Assembly: GCF_009914755.1 (NCBI RefSeq)
Contig: NC_060926.1
Source of the DNA: the human T2T-CHM13v2.0 reference genome, Homo sapiens
Length of the DNA: 64,000 nucleotides
Strand: one strand, 5' to 3'
In this document: positions 1-13,464 of the stretch, in pieces
Layout: each line of letters opens with the position of its first letter
Numbering within the stretch: position 1 is the first letter of the stretch
Notes under the pieces: model-generated
Told to the model about the DNA's origin: nothing
Database searches by the model: none
What the model saw: only the letters and a program-made list of their open reading frames with translations
Position numbers and translations under genes: made by a program

Positions 1-520
1 GTGGACAGAAGCTACAAAGCTGTAGGACTTGAAGGAGAATGTTAGCAAAAGCTGAAAGTGCCTTGAACAGGCTATTTGAAGAATTTTGGACTTTGAGAAG
101 GTTACTAGTAAATAAAGGGAGAGAACCCTTTTAGGAATGGGCAAAAACATCAACCTTATGTAGTGGCAGAGTTTAGCAACACTGTCACCTGTAGTAATGT
201 GGAAGGTAGAACATGTAACTAATGAAGTGGCTAGCTAAGGCAATTTTCAGCCAGAATACTGAAGATAGTACGTGGTTCCTTTTTACCACTTACAGTAAAA
301 TGCAAGAGAAATGATGACCTCAAAGAAGAACAATTAAAACAAAGGGTACCAAGACTTGCTGGTTTTGAATATTCCCAGCCTCTTCAGGCGGCAAACAATG
401 TTAAAATTAAGAAATGGCTTCTGAGTAAAGATTGAATCAGAGTCCCCAGGAAAGCGTGGTCCAAAGATGAAGCCAAGGGTGTCACTGTAAATTCTTTTGT
501 TAAGACCTCAGATCTTAAAT
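1..520 (+). mobile_element. MaLR internal-sequence relic (MLT1-int-like), cut by window edge
   Basis: ccttatgtagtggcagagtttagcaacactgtcacctgtagtaatgtggaagg...gctaaggcaattttcagccagaatactgaag resembles recalled MaLR internal consensus. Confidence 0.6.
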
Positions 521-689
521 GTGGAATCCTGTGTTAGAACCTGAGAACCTAAAAAATGAAGTTAGTTCTTTTGGCCCAGAGTATAGATGGGAGAATCTTA
601 CACTGCCCCTTTTCAATAAATTAACACTCTAGTTCATTTTTTATAAAGCGCCTTACTTTAAAGACATTTTTGCCTGCATTTCCCAAAAT

Positions 690-835
690 CGCTAATCACA
701 ACAACCCTGAGAATTAGACAGGCCAGATATTAATAAAACAACCAAGCCAGAGCAACGGGTGATTTGACCAATAGCTCATAATTGAGTCATGAAAGAATCT
801 AACTTTCAATCAAGTGTGCTGTCCACATCATCGAA
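690..835 (-). mobile_element. Degenerate MIR fragment
   Basis: aatcacaacaaccctgag...ggtgatttgaccaatagctca resembles antisense MIR core. Confidence 0.45.
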
Positions 836-1108
836 CCACTTCATTTAGTAAATAGACACATGAAGGTATATCTAAAATTGTGGATAGCAGAACAATTCCA
901 AAGGCACTTGTCTACAGATGTTTTAACATTTTGTTTTTAAGTCATATTTTTCTTCTTTGCTGAAATCTGTAATATTTATAGACCTTCCATCTGTCAGGTG
1001 ATTCCTCATCACCCAGGTTCTGGATCCACATGTGCTGTGACTGTCTTCAACTTGCTTAAACCATGATGCAGAACAGCGTGTTCTTAACACCCTCAAAGAC
1101 CAATCTAT

Positions 1109-3091
1109 CCAGATAGGAAGAGAGTAAGTAAAGCTATCTCTGTTTGCAGATCACATGATTCTGTATCTAGAAAACCTCATAGTTTCAGCTCAAAAGCTCC
1201 TTCAGTTGATAAAACTTCAGCAAAATTTCAGGATACAAAATCAATATACAAAAATCACTAGCATTCCTACACATCAATAGCAGCCAAGCTGAGAGCCAAA
1301 TCAGAAAGGCAATCCCATTCACAATTGCCAGAAAAAGAATAAAATACCTAGGAATACAGCTAACCAGGGAGTGAAAGATCTCTACAGTGAGAATTACAAA
1401 ACACTGCTCAAAGAAATAAGACAAGACACAAACAAATGGAAAAACACTCCATGCTCATGGATAGGAAGAATCAATATCATTAAAATGACCATACTGCCTA
1501 AAGCAATTTACAGATTCAATGCTATTCCTATCAAAGTACCAACGACATTCTTTACAGAAATCGAACAAACTACTTTAGAATTCATATAAAACCAAAAAAG
1601 AGCCCAAATAGCCAAGGCAATTCTAAGCAAAAAGAACAAAGCTGGAGGCATCACGTTACCCAACTTCAAACTATACTACAAAGATACAATAACAAAAACA
1701 GCATGGTATTTGTACAAAAACAGACACATAGACCAATGATACAGAATAGAGAGCCCAGAAGAAAGGCCACACACTTACAACTATCTGATCTTTGACAAAG
1801 CTGACAAAAACAAGCAATGAGTAAAAGACTCCCTGTTGAATAAATGGTTCAGGGTTAACTATCTAGCCATATACAGAAGATTGAGGCTGGATACCTTACA
1901 CCATATACAAAAACCAACTCAAGATGGATTAAAGACTTAAATGCAAGCCCCAAAACTATAAAAATCTGGAAGACAACCTAGGCAATACCATTCTGGACAT
2001 AGGAACAGGCAAAAATTTTATGACAACAACACTGAGAGCAATTGCAACAAAAGCAAAAATTGAGAAATAGGATCTAATTATACTTAAGAGTTTCTGCAAA
2101 GGAAAAGAAACTATCAACAGAGTAAACAGACAACCTACAGAATAGGAGAAAATATTTGCAAACTATGCATCTGACAGAGGTCTAATATCCAGCATCTGTA
2201 AGGAACTTAAACAAATTTACAAGAGAAAAACAAAAAACTACATTAAAAAGTGGGTGAAGGACATGAACAGACAATTTTCAAAAGAAGACATACATGTGGC
2301 CAACAAGCATATGAAACAAAGCTCAGTATCACTGATCATTAGAGAAATGCAAATTAAAACTACAATGAGATACCATTTCACACCAGTCAGAATGGCTATT
2401 GTTAAAAAGTCAAAAAATAACAGATGCTGGCAAGGTTGTGGAGAAAAAGGAATGCTTATACACTGTTAGTGGGAGTGTAAATTAGTTCAACCATTGTGGA
2501 AAGCAGTATGGCACTTCCTCAAAGGGCTCAAAGCAGAATTACCCTTCAACCCAGCAATCCCATTAGTGGGTATATACCCAGGGGAATATAAATCATTCTA
2601 TCATAAAGACATAATCACATGAATGTTCATTGCAGCACTATTCACAATAGCAAAGACATGGAATCAACCTAAATGCCCATCAACGACAGATTGGATAAAG
2701 AAAATATGGTAATATACACCATGGAATACTATGCAGCCATAAAAAAAGAATGAGATCATGTCTTTTGCAGGAACATGGGTGGAGCTGGAGGCTATTATCC
2801 TTAGCAAACTAGCACAGGAACACAGAACCAAATACCACATGTTCTCACTTATAAGTGGGAGCTAAATGATGAGAACTAATGAACACAAAGAAGGAAACAG
2901 CAGACACTGGGGTCTACTTGAAGGTGGAGGATGGGAGGAGGGAGAGGAGCAGAAAAGATAGCTCTTGGGTACTGGGCTTAGTACCTGGTGATGAAATAAT
3001 CTGTACAACAAACTCCTGTGACACGAGTTTGCCCGTGTAACACAACTTCACATGTACCCCCAAACCTAAAATAAAAGTTTAAAAAAAAAAA
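1109..3091 (+). mobile_element. 5'-truncated L1PA (about L1PA13): end of ORF2, 3'UTR and poly(A)
   Basis: ORF2 remnants (ctgtttgcagatcacatg at the LFADDM position; [15 protein letters not shown]; [11 protein letters not shown]); aataaa and A tail at 3070-3091; degenerate TSD aaagaccaatctatcca (1095-1111) / agagaccaacctattca (3091-3107). Confidence 0.95.
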
Positions 3092-3299
3092 GAGACCAAC
3101 CTATTCACTTAAGTATGAGTGACCAAGGGACTCCTTATGGAAGGCCTTGTACAAGGTATGAAACAGACCACAGCAAGCAACTTTAAAACTCCCATTGAAC
3201 ATTTCTTTCCTTCTAAGTTCCTCTTGGATTTGCTTCAAAATAAGAGAGAGGAAGAAGCACATTGAAGATACAAACGTAATAAGAATTTGGCCAGGAATG

Positions 3300-3372
3300 T
3301 GCATGTGGCAGGGTTCATTATAGTATTCTATTCTTTAATATGTTTCAGATTTTTGTGATAAAAAGTTAAACA
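3300..3372 (+). mobile_element. Ancient L1ME/MC 3' terminal fragment
   Basis: gggttcattatagtattctattctttaatatgtttcagatttttgtgataaaaagttaaa is a typical L1ME 3' end. Confidence 0.55.
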
Positions 3373-4412
3373 TAACTCATACACACACCTTAGCTATGAA
3401 GACCTTTGGGGTTTCTCTTTTGCTTGTACTCTCTCCTTTTCCCACATTCTCTCCCCTCAACATCCCCAATTTCCTCCTTCAGGCTCCTCCTCCTCCTCCT
3501 CTTCCAGACTACCCTATCACACTAATCACTGAATCCAGCAAAACAAAGGACTCCCCAAGTAACAGGACCTACCCTCCTTCAAAGGCAGTTTAGTGACCAT
3601 CTTTTGTTACTTTAGTATACTTTGAGGCCTTAATCCCCAGCCAAAGTGGTTTATCAAAGTAATTCTCCCAAACGCATACAGTGCTTTTCTCAAGAAGAAT
3701 ACTGGTGAATAAAATTTTCTCCATCTTGTTACACTTATTATTCTAAATTCCTTTGCACTTTGTTCAAAAGAAACCAGTCATTGAAACTTGATTTTGAGAA
3801 CGAAAGCTGGTATTCAACAACCGCTGAAAAGAATGGTTAATTCTATTTGAGTTTCTCTCCATAGCCCTATTCAAAACAGGTTGTGTGTATCTAAGAATAA
3901 ATGGAGTCACCACACAAGAGGTTTATTATCAGAGCTAAGCTTCGGAAGCAACTCCCACTACTTAATGCTGAAAGGAAGGGAGAAATAGAAGAAGGAATAC
4001 AGGCTGCAATGAATGGAATGAGAAGGTTAAAGAGGAAGAAGGGAATGGATAAAAAGAAGCAAAATGAGATGGAGTAGGAAACATTTCAAAAGCCACTGTT
4101 ATCGTTCACATCATGCAAGCCTTCTTGCTGTGCCAGTTCAAAAGAAGAAACTACCCAGACAAATCAAAGAGGCAGCTTTGATTTTTTTCCCCTCCCTTCC
4201 CAAAGTCTTAGCCCATCTCTTAGTATCTTCATTTAGCCTCTATTTTGGTTTCTATGAGTTTTGTAGGGGGTTATTATAGTTTCACTGCCTCTTTTGGCTA
4301 AAAAAGATGAACTTAGTTCCAAGGACTCCGAAGATCCGAAGACCTGTATCATGACCTATATCCCTTATTTTCTTGTACAGGGTAAGCATTTGATGTTTAA
4401 ATCAGCCAGAGC

Positions 4413-4505
4413 TTTTTTTTTTTTTTTTTGGTTAGCTGTGGTTCTGTGAAAATCCGTGATATATATATATATATATATATATAAATATATATATATATTT
4501 TTTTT
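4413..4505. repeat. T17 tract plus interrupted (AT)n microsatellite
   Basis: T run 4413-4429; (AT)n 4459-4498 with one interruption. Confidence 0.97.
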
Positions 4506-5240
4506 CTGCTGCACCTGCTGAGCAAAAAAGCACAAGAAATGGAGAGACTGGTCCCTCTGAACGGGACCAGGGGCCAGATTATGTCAACAATTCCCCTGCC
4601 CTGAAAGGAGCTGGCCTGATGGTCCGGTGTTGTCAAATGACAATTGTGACTCCTTGCATTTCAAGAGTCATGCACAAATGATTCCATCTGAAGCCCTCTG
4701 GGTAATAGTAGCCTTTTGAGGTTATGATCTCTCTGGATGGAATTCAATAAGAGAAATTCACTTTCAATTGAGTCCCTGGAACAGAGCCAGGCAAGCCTAA
4801 CAATACAATACACTTCCAAAGAAAATTGGACTTATCTTTTTTTTCTCCTTCCTTTTTCTTTCTGCTTCTAACCTTGTTCACACGTTACCTCTTCCCACTT
4901 CCACTCCCTCCTTCTATCAGGGGACAGCAGAGCTTTTAAAAATAAAACCCAGCACTTAAATAGGAACAGTCCGTATAGAATGACACAAGCTCCCATACGC
5001 ATAGTCTTGAGAATTTACCCTTTCCTCAGCTGACCTCTGTTACTTCTACCAGGAAAATGTCACAGAACCACTGTGAAGGGGAGACCAAGGATTATCACAA
5101 CCACCAGTTTTCCATATCTTGTTAAAATGAAAACTTTGACTTTTTTCTTTCTATTTTTGTTTCCTTTTAAACTAAGAGGAGGCAAAATGTACAAAGCCTG
5201 CCCAAACACTGTGGTCTAACTTGGCTTTTTTGTTCTTCAG

Positions 5241-5263
5241 TCTCTCTCTCTCTCTCTCTCAAT

Positions 5264-5309
<46 letters not shown>

Positions 5310-5342
5310 CTCTCTCCCTTTTTCTCTCTCCCCCTCTCTCTC
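5241..5342. repeat. Compound (CT)10 / (GT)20 / CT-rich microsatellite
   Basis: Directly visible: 5241-5260, 5267-5307, then CT-rich to 5342. Confidence 0.97.
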
Positions 5343-7004
5343 GCACTTTTTACTTGGTTTATTCCTCATTTTGCCAAGATTTTCCTCTGAATAATTACTA
5401 TTTCTTGGCCTGGAAAAGGTTGTAATTCTCTTTGTCTTTTGCATTTGATCATCCAAGTGAATTAATGTGGCTGTTAAATGGGTGGAAGAAGTCGTTTTCT
5501 TTGTCAAATTCTCTTAATCATCCTTTTGATTTCACACTCTCATTCTCCCCACCCACACACAACCCTTTGCCCCTACAGAAATTGGGGTGGGGGATGGGTG
5601 TGTGCATGTATGTTTCTTCTCACGCATTATTTCCCTCTTGGAAGATATTCCATTTGAAAGCTTAGAATAAGTAGATGCGTAAAAGAAAACCAAGCAAATG
5701 TACAGCCCTGAATCAATTAGCTATGAGTGTGTGTATTAGACAGGGAGGGGTGTCTGTGTGTGCTTTCCTTTCCATCTATCCACAAGTGCAGCTTAAAATT
5801 TGTTTCCCTGAGAAATCTCTCTGGTTCTAAATGTCACCGCTCAAGGAGCTGGCTTTGGGTTTTGTTTAGTTCTCAGATGAAGCATAAAGGAGGCAGCAAT
5901 TAAATAATAATTTTAAGCCAACATCAGTGAAGGCCAACTGCCCTGAGACCAAAGTTTGCAATCTCTTGGTGGAGGAGAAAACAATGTGCTCTTCTAAACT
6001 CAGGTATAGCCTGTTTGGCTCAAAACGTTTAAGGAGTTTCCATCCAACCCATATATGGACTCTCCCTCTGCCAACCCCATCTTCCCTGCATGGATTCTTA
6101 GGAAACCATACTATAGTAGCATCAGCATTAAGATTTAGAGACTTAAAAGCTATCATGGGTGGGTGAATGAGAAAGTGTCTGCAGACTTAAGGAAAAAACC
6201 ATTTGAAGGGCTTTTCAGTAGGAAGTATCCGGGGAGAAGGATGCCTGGGAGGCAAGCAGCCTAGCAAAGACATTCAAGGACATTTGGCCACCTAGTATTA
6301 GGATAGTTAACAGAACTAAGGATTTGATTGGCATCTGGAAGTTGCAGTCCTTGAAATCAAGTGCATTTGAGGCCCCATTTACCATTTATCCCCTTATATC
6401 CCAAACAGTTCCTTCATGTTCCTAGAGTCCCCAAGTCTTTATCCTCATTCTCCAAAGGTTCCTAACCTACTAACAGTGACAAACTCCCAGGGAGGGAAAC
6501 TAGCTGGCATAGAGTTAGTAAAAGCCTTCCTACAACAATGTTGTCCATGAAGTTCCAAAAACTATGACATTTCAAGCACCAATGGGGGAGTCACTGTGCA
6601 TCAATATAGAACACATTGTTACCTGCATGTGACTATATGGTCATCCAGCCATTGGAAGAACTGATCATCCTGACAGATCTCATATATATCTAGTCAAAGA
6701 TGAAAAACAGTTTTTACCTTAAGTACCAGTTCTGATTGATTGGCAACGACTATCTCAAAGGCTATACTAAAAAGGATCCTGAGGCCACATCCTTCAGGAA
6801 AAAAATGCTGAGATCAATTAGTTATGTCTGCCAGGGGTGGGAGTGGTAACATAGCTGCTGCCTATTATTCCTAGCAAGGTAATTGCAAGGGTTAGGATAG
6901 AAGATTTTACATCAATGCTTCAAATTCTGCCAAGTGGAAAAGCCCTACATATTTTCAGGACAGCAAGTATTTCCACCACCTAAAATTTTGTGTTTCTCCC
7001 TAAT

Positions 7005-7250
7005 GGCTACCACATATTGACTATCTAAAGTGAGCCAGGCACTATAGTGTGATCATTACTTACATTATTTCATTCAATCTTTATAATAACTCTGCAAGGG
7101 AGGTGGCATCCCCATTTTGCAGCTGACAAAATATAGGTTCAGAAAGGTTAAATAACTTGCCCAAGGTCTCCCAGGCAATAAGCGGTGGCGCCAAGACTTG
7201 AATGGAGGTCTGCAGTAAAGTCCAAAGCCAAGGATCCTGCTATAAATCCT
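7005..7250 (-). mobile_element. MIR, near full length
   Basis: gccaggcacta...cccattttgcag...ggttcagaaaggttaaataacttgcccaaggtc is the antisense MIR core. Confidence 0.9.
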
Positions 7251-7539
7251 GCTGCCTCCTTTAGATTAGAAGACATGAAGGAGGAGTCAGAGAGCGGGAA
7301 TCTTTGCCAGTTTGTTGCCAAGCCTTATAGCAAAGTCTTCAAACTGCCCATCATTCTTTTTGGCTCCTGACAGCTCTAGCTAATTGGCTGCCATTAGGCA
7401 GTTGAGATTTTTAATTACAGTTATATTCAGCTGAGCTGAAATTTCAGCTACGTATAATTGAAATTGAGGGCTAAAAGCAAGTTTCAAAGGTCCTCTAGTA
7501 GTTTTCTTTGTGTATATGGCTGTCTGTTTTTTAAAAAAA

Positions 7540-10350
7540 TGTTATATAAGAAATACACATATAGTTGGAATGACAAACACTATAAGAGACTTATAATGAA
7601 AATGTACACCCCGGCCCCACCCAGTCCTGTTTCCTAGAGGCAAGTACTTTTAATCATTCCTATTTTTATTTCTCCTGGTGATTACTTCCAATCTCTATAT
7701 AATAAATATGTAGCTGCATTTCTTGATTTATTACCTTTCGTCATTATCTACTGACTTCCACCATGATGGATGAAAGTTTAACTCACCTATACCACCCCTA
7801 CCTTTCTTCCCTTCCCCTTTCTCAACCAACGTAGTTACAGCCCCTTTTTCCGTTCATCCAGTCAATTTTTACGAGTTCAAGTGGCATGTTGAAGCCTCAT
7901 GTCTTGTTCCATCAACTATTCACAACTCTTTCCTTCTTCCTCACTTCTACTCCCCAACCTCTGTCAGTTAAACCTGCAATGTTTATATTATCAAAATGAA
8001 TAATATTTATGCTCTGTTTGTAACCATAGTTTAGTCCTCCATGATTTGTACATGTGGATTCTAAAAGCTGAAAACCAGAGAATAATACTTCTGGCATCTA
8101 GATCAAATGGATTATCCTTCTTCACATTCCATTAATTGGTCAAAATCATGCCACAGTGAGTTTGCTTTATATTTGGACCAGGCCTTTCTCATACTGTTTT
8201 ATTGTTGTTGTTGTTTTCCCAAAGTTTCTGATTTTTCTCCCCTTTTTCCTATTTTCCATAATGTTACAATAATCTCACAATTTTCAAAGTTCTTTTTTTT
8301 TTTTTTTTTTTTTTTAAGACACGGTCTCACTCTGTTGCCCAGGCTGGGGTACAATGGTGCCATCATAGCTCACTGCAGCCTCTATCTCCTGGCTTCAGGC
8401 AATCCTCCCGCCTCAGTCTCCTGCATAGCTGAGACCACAGGTGCATGCCACCATATCCAGCTAAATTTTTTATTTTTTGTACAGACGGAGTCTCCCTATG
8501 TTGCCTAGGATGGTCTCGAACTCCTGGGATCAAGTGATAATACAACCACCTCAGCCTCCCAAAGTCTTGGGATTATAGGCATGGGCCACCATGCCTGGCC
8601 CTAAGTTCTTAATATACAATTTAATCTATAAAATCCTCCATCCCCCACACTGCCAACATCTCTTACACAGCATCCCCTGTCTTTTCTCTCCAATATGTAC
8701 TAATTTCTCCCTGTGCCCAGGACCGAGCTGTCAGGCTGGAATTTCTCTTTGCTGCTTTTCTGGGTTGGAGGCATTATCTCCATGACTTCCTCTTTCCTGG
8801 TTCACTCCTTTGATTTTTTCTTCTCAAACACGTGCTCTAACAGCTTCCTAACAAAGAATCTATGGTTATAATCTTTCTGAGTACTTGAAAAAAATGATCC
8901 TTTTTCTGACCTAAAACTTGTTGATAGCTTGTCTAGGTACAGAATTCTAGGACAAAAATCACATTCAGTCAGAGCTCTAGAAAGCATTGCTCCATTTTTC
9001 TAGTATCCAGTGTTGCTATTAAGAAGTTTAATGCCAGACTGATTCTTGTTCTAAGTCCCCTGCTTTTCTTGTCTGGAAACTTTCAAGATCATCAATTTAT
9101 CTCCAATGAAGCAAAACTGCATAAATATTTGTATTGGTATGGATCTTTTTAAATTTATTTCATCTAATATTTAGTAGGCCTTTTAATCTGAAGACTCATA
9201 TCTCCCTTCAGTACTTAGAAATTTTCTTTTCTTATTTACTTAATAACTTCCTCTCCTCTGGTTTCCTCTGCCAATTTAGGAACTTCTATAAAAGCCAATC
9301 TATTATTCAGAGGATGTGATTCCTAAATTGATTCTCTCATCTTTTCTTTCTTTCAATTATTTATCTTTTCTTCCTTTCTTCTTTCTCTCTCTTTTTCTTT
9401 TTATTCTTAGCTATTAGTGATTTACTTCCCTTTGTCTTCTAGTTCTTATATCAATTTATTTTGTTAGCAATCATCCTTTATATTTCCTAAGATCTTTCTT
9501 ATTTTATCCCTTTTTTCTTTTTCATTGCATTCTCACCTGTTTAATAGATGCATTATTTTCTCAAATCCCTCTGAAGAAACTAGATTTTTTTTAAGTGTTT
9601 CTCTGTCCTTTGAATTATTTCCACGTCATTCAGTTTCACTTTTGCTTGTTTACCTTGGCCTTTCTCTTTTATGTTATGGGCTTTGCTTAAGTGTTCTGAT
9701 AACCCTCGGATATCTTCTCATATTTGAGAAGGTGGCAACAGAACAGCAAATGAGGAGCTCTGTGCACAAGGGTTTGGCTCATAATGACATAATTTGCTTC
9801 AAGTGAACAGGTGGGAAACCAGTCATTACACTTGGACCCCTCCATTCCAGAATGAGAAGAGCTTTACTCTGGGACAGTAATCCCCACACTACCTCTCCCC
9901 GAGTGATTATTTTCAATTTATTGAGAGAAGATTCAGCTAAAGGACAAGGGCTGTCCTGGGTTGCACAGAAAACATGGAAGGAGTAGAGTCAACAGCTCCA
10001 TGGATCTTCAGTTAGTCTTCTGTTTTCAGCCCCACTTTCTACTCTCACTCTGATGCCCACTGTCTCATCGGGTAGAGCCTCTCTATCATTATATTGAGCA
10101 ATAGGTGTTCTCCTTTTGCTAACACCCAAGTGTACATTCCTACCCTGAAGCTTTCTTCACTCAGTTCTATCAATTATTTCTTCATAGGTTTTCTACCTTC
10201 CAAAGATGTTTTGAAAGATATCAACCATTAGAGCATTGCTACCACCACATGTCTTTATTTCTTCTGGTTATTATAAGTTTATAGTTTTTAAAAATTATTA
10301 CTATAATTTTAATGCCATCTGAGTGACAGAGAGAGAGAAAACTTCTGCCA
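7540..10350 (-). mobile_element. HAL1-like (ORF1-only L1 derivative) or ancient L1ME relic, interrupted by AluJ
   Basis: ttcttgatttatt...cattatctactgacttccaccatgatggatgaaagtttaactc resembles HAL1 3' region; antisense ORF1-like text 8880-9600; 5'-end motif tgccatcttgaatctgaaatcc near 10346-10368; similar to copy at 38230. Confidence 0.65.
8293..8600 (-). mobile_element. AluJ
   Basis: Poly-T followed by antisense dimeric Alu with J diagnostics (atcatagctcactgcagcctc, ctatgttgcc); TSD aagttct on both sides. Confidence 0.95.
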
Positions 10351-10569
10351 TCTTGAATCTGAAATCCATACAATGGTTTTTAAGCGGTGCTCAAGAAAGC
10401 CTCAGGGCTACCAAATATGTGATGAGAAAGTCAGTGAAAAGAGCAAAGAGGGGACATTAAAATGAGAGAGATAGGCAGGTGAAACATCCGTATTTCAACT
10501 AGAGTTCTCTTCTTTTATTTTCTGTGCTTCTACAGCTTTCACTAGATTAGACCTTCCTACAAGAAACCA

Positions 10570-11135
<566 letters not shown>

Positions 11136-11194
11136 GATGCATGGAGGTGCTGATCAGCAAATGGGCAAGGATGTTTCATATGTCCTCTTGCTTG

Positions 11195-11340
11195 CTCCTC
11201 ACCAACACCCTGTGGAAGTAGCACAGGCAGGCACTATTGCTATTCTTAGTTCATAGGGAGGAAACTGAGCTCAAAGTGATTACAAGATTTGTTTGAAGTT
11301 ACATCGGTAGAAAATGTCAGAGCCAGGCCAGGAATCCACC
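11195..11340 (-). mobile_element. MIR fragment
   Basis: caacaccctgtggaagtag...gaggaaactgagctcaaagtg...agagccagg. Confidence 0.75.
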
Positions 11341-11551
11341 TTTTTAAAAATAACTTCTTTTGGACAAGTGCAAAGGAACCACAGTGAACCAGGGATGCTT
11401 GGTCGACACTGGTCAGTCCTTTAGTGCTTTGTATCATAGTCACCCCAGGTAATCTAGAGTTCAGAGAAACAGGATGCAGAAGAAAGACAATAATGTTTAC
11501 TCATCATCCAATATGGACCCTTTCTTCTCTTGGAAAATTCCTTTACAAATA

Positions 11552-11911
11552 TAAATTCACCTTGGCTTACAATAGGGTCACATCCCTATAAGTCCACATA
11601 AGTTGAAAATATCATAAGTCAAAAATGCATTTAATGCATCTAGTCTACCAGCCATCATAACTTAGCCTGGCCTTAAATGTGCTCAGAACACTGATATTAG
11701 CCTGCAGTTCAGCAAAATTATCTACACAAAGCTTATTTTATTAAAAAGGATTGAATATCCCATGTAATTTATTGAATACTGTACTAGTGAAAAACAGAAT
11801 GGTTGTACAGGTGCTCAAAATAGAGTTTCTACTAAGTACCTATAGCTTTCACATAATCATAAAGGCAAAAAATTATATAAGTCAAACCATCATAAATTGG
11901 GGACTGTCTAT
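11552..11911 (+). mobile_element. MER47A (Tigger-family non-autonomous DNA transposon)
   Basis: cataagttgaaaatatcataagtcaaaaatgcatttaat...gctcagaacact...aaccatcataaattggggactgtct follows the MER47A consensus end to end. Confidence 0.88.
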
Positions 11912-11914
11912 ACC

Positions 11915-12344
11915 CTACTGGGCTGAATAGTGTCAGCAAAAATTTGTGTCCACTTGAAATCTCAGAAAATGCCTTTATGTGAAAACAAGGTATTTGCAGG
12001 TTAATTAGTTAAGATGGGGCCATAATGGATTACAGTGGGTCCTAAGTCTAATGACTGGTATTCTTATAAGAAGGCAATGGGAGCACACTGAGGTGCACTG
12101 GGGGGAAAGCCATGTGACAATGGAGGCAGAGATTAGAGTGATGCAGCTACAAACAGAGGAATGTCAAGGACAGCTGAAAGACACCAGAAGCTAGGAGGAG
12201 TCAAGGGAGGACTCCCTGACAGGTTTCAGGGGAGCATGGCCCTGCCCACACCTTGATTTCAGACTTCAAGCCCCAGAACTCTGAGAAGTTGTTTTAAGCC
12301 ACCCGGTTTGAAAATGTGTTACAGCAGCCCTAGGAAACTAACAC
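11915..12344 (+). mobile_element. MLT1C-like MaLR solo LTR
   Basis: gggctgaatagtgtc...gccatgtgacaatggaggcagagattagagtgatgcagc...accagaagctagg...gcagccctaggaaactaacaca. Confidence 0.9.
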
Positions 12345-12424
12345 AAACACTAAATCAAAAGCAGTCAAAAACAGAAGGAAAAGAACTAATTAATCACATT
12401 AAAAACAAAGATTAACCCCCTACC

Positions 12425-12427
<3 letters not shown>

Positions 12428-12477
<50 letters not shown>
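12428..12477. repeat. (CA)25 microsatellite
   Basis: Directly visible. Confidence 0.98.
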
Positions 12478-12480
<3 letters not shown>

Positions 12481-13464
12481 CACAGGAAGGATTGAACAGA
12501 AAACACTAAAATCTGATCCCTGGTTTTGGTGCACTGGATGCTAAGTTTGTAAAATCAGGGTATCAGGTGACAACATGAAAGAGAGGGGACTGCAGAGTAG
12601 CAGGCCAGGGTAACTGCCTGGATATATTTGTGTGTTGGGTTCCTAGGCTTCCAGAACCCTGCGCCACATTGGAGAAGCCACCACTTCTTAACTGCGTGGG
12701 TGCCCTCACTGTGCTGGGCACTTGACTGGCATTACCTCACTTTATCCTCACAACATCCCTGTCTGGCAGATACTAAGCTCTTAATTACTATTTGTTGACC
12801 AGCAGACTAACCCTGAGAGGCAGGTATTAGCCTGCTTCAGGAAGCCATGTGCTGTCATGGAAAGCTTTTAGCAGATGATTTCTAAAGTCATTTCCAATGT
12901 TTGAGTTTAACCAATTATTTGCCTCTCTCTCCCAACTAAGCCAGCATGCAGCCCACTTCAAGGAAGGGCTTTCGTAGTCAATGAAGTATTCCCTGTTTCC
13001 TGAGCTCTGGATAAGCCCAGAAGTAAACACACTTTAGGGCAAAGTAGAATTCTTTGTGCTGGCTTTTTGCCCATGTCAAGCTGAGTGAACAAAAGCCCCA
13101 AGGTAATTCACATTTGGCCTTGGTACAGAGACATCAGGCATATACGCACGTACACATCACACACCCTCCTCTCTCACACACACATACCCTCGGCCACGTG
13201 CCTGTTATGGAGTCCTTACTGGCTCAGCCCTGGCCCCACTGGTATCCTAACAGGTGAGAGAAGGGTGGCAGGAAAGTAAGAGCAAACCTATTCATAGTGT
13301 GCCACAAAATGGGTAGATTTCCTGGGCTAAGCCCTCAGGACCAGACTGCCTTTAACCTCAGGAAATGGGCTCTCCAACATATCTGTCATAGATGACCAAA
13401 AATAAAGCAAAGCTAGAAATTCCTTGTAATGTAAAGTGAAGAAGGAAGCAGAAAATTCACTTGT

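Noticed and set aside
6490-6860. Possible ancient repeat (ccagttctgattgattggc...aggatcctgaggcc)
   Set aside because: Looks repeat-like but I cannot assign a family or boundaries without a Dfam search
8107-8508. 133-aa ORF and similar Alu-frame ORFs (10757, 29048, 31281, 40395, 41074)
   Set aside because: Typical antisense Alu translations ([14 protein letters not shown])
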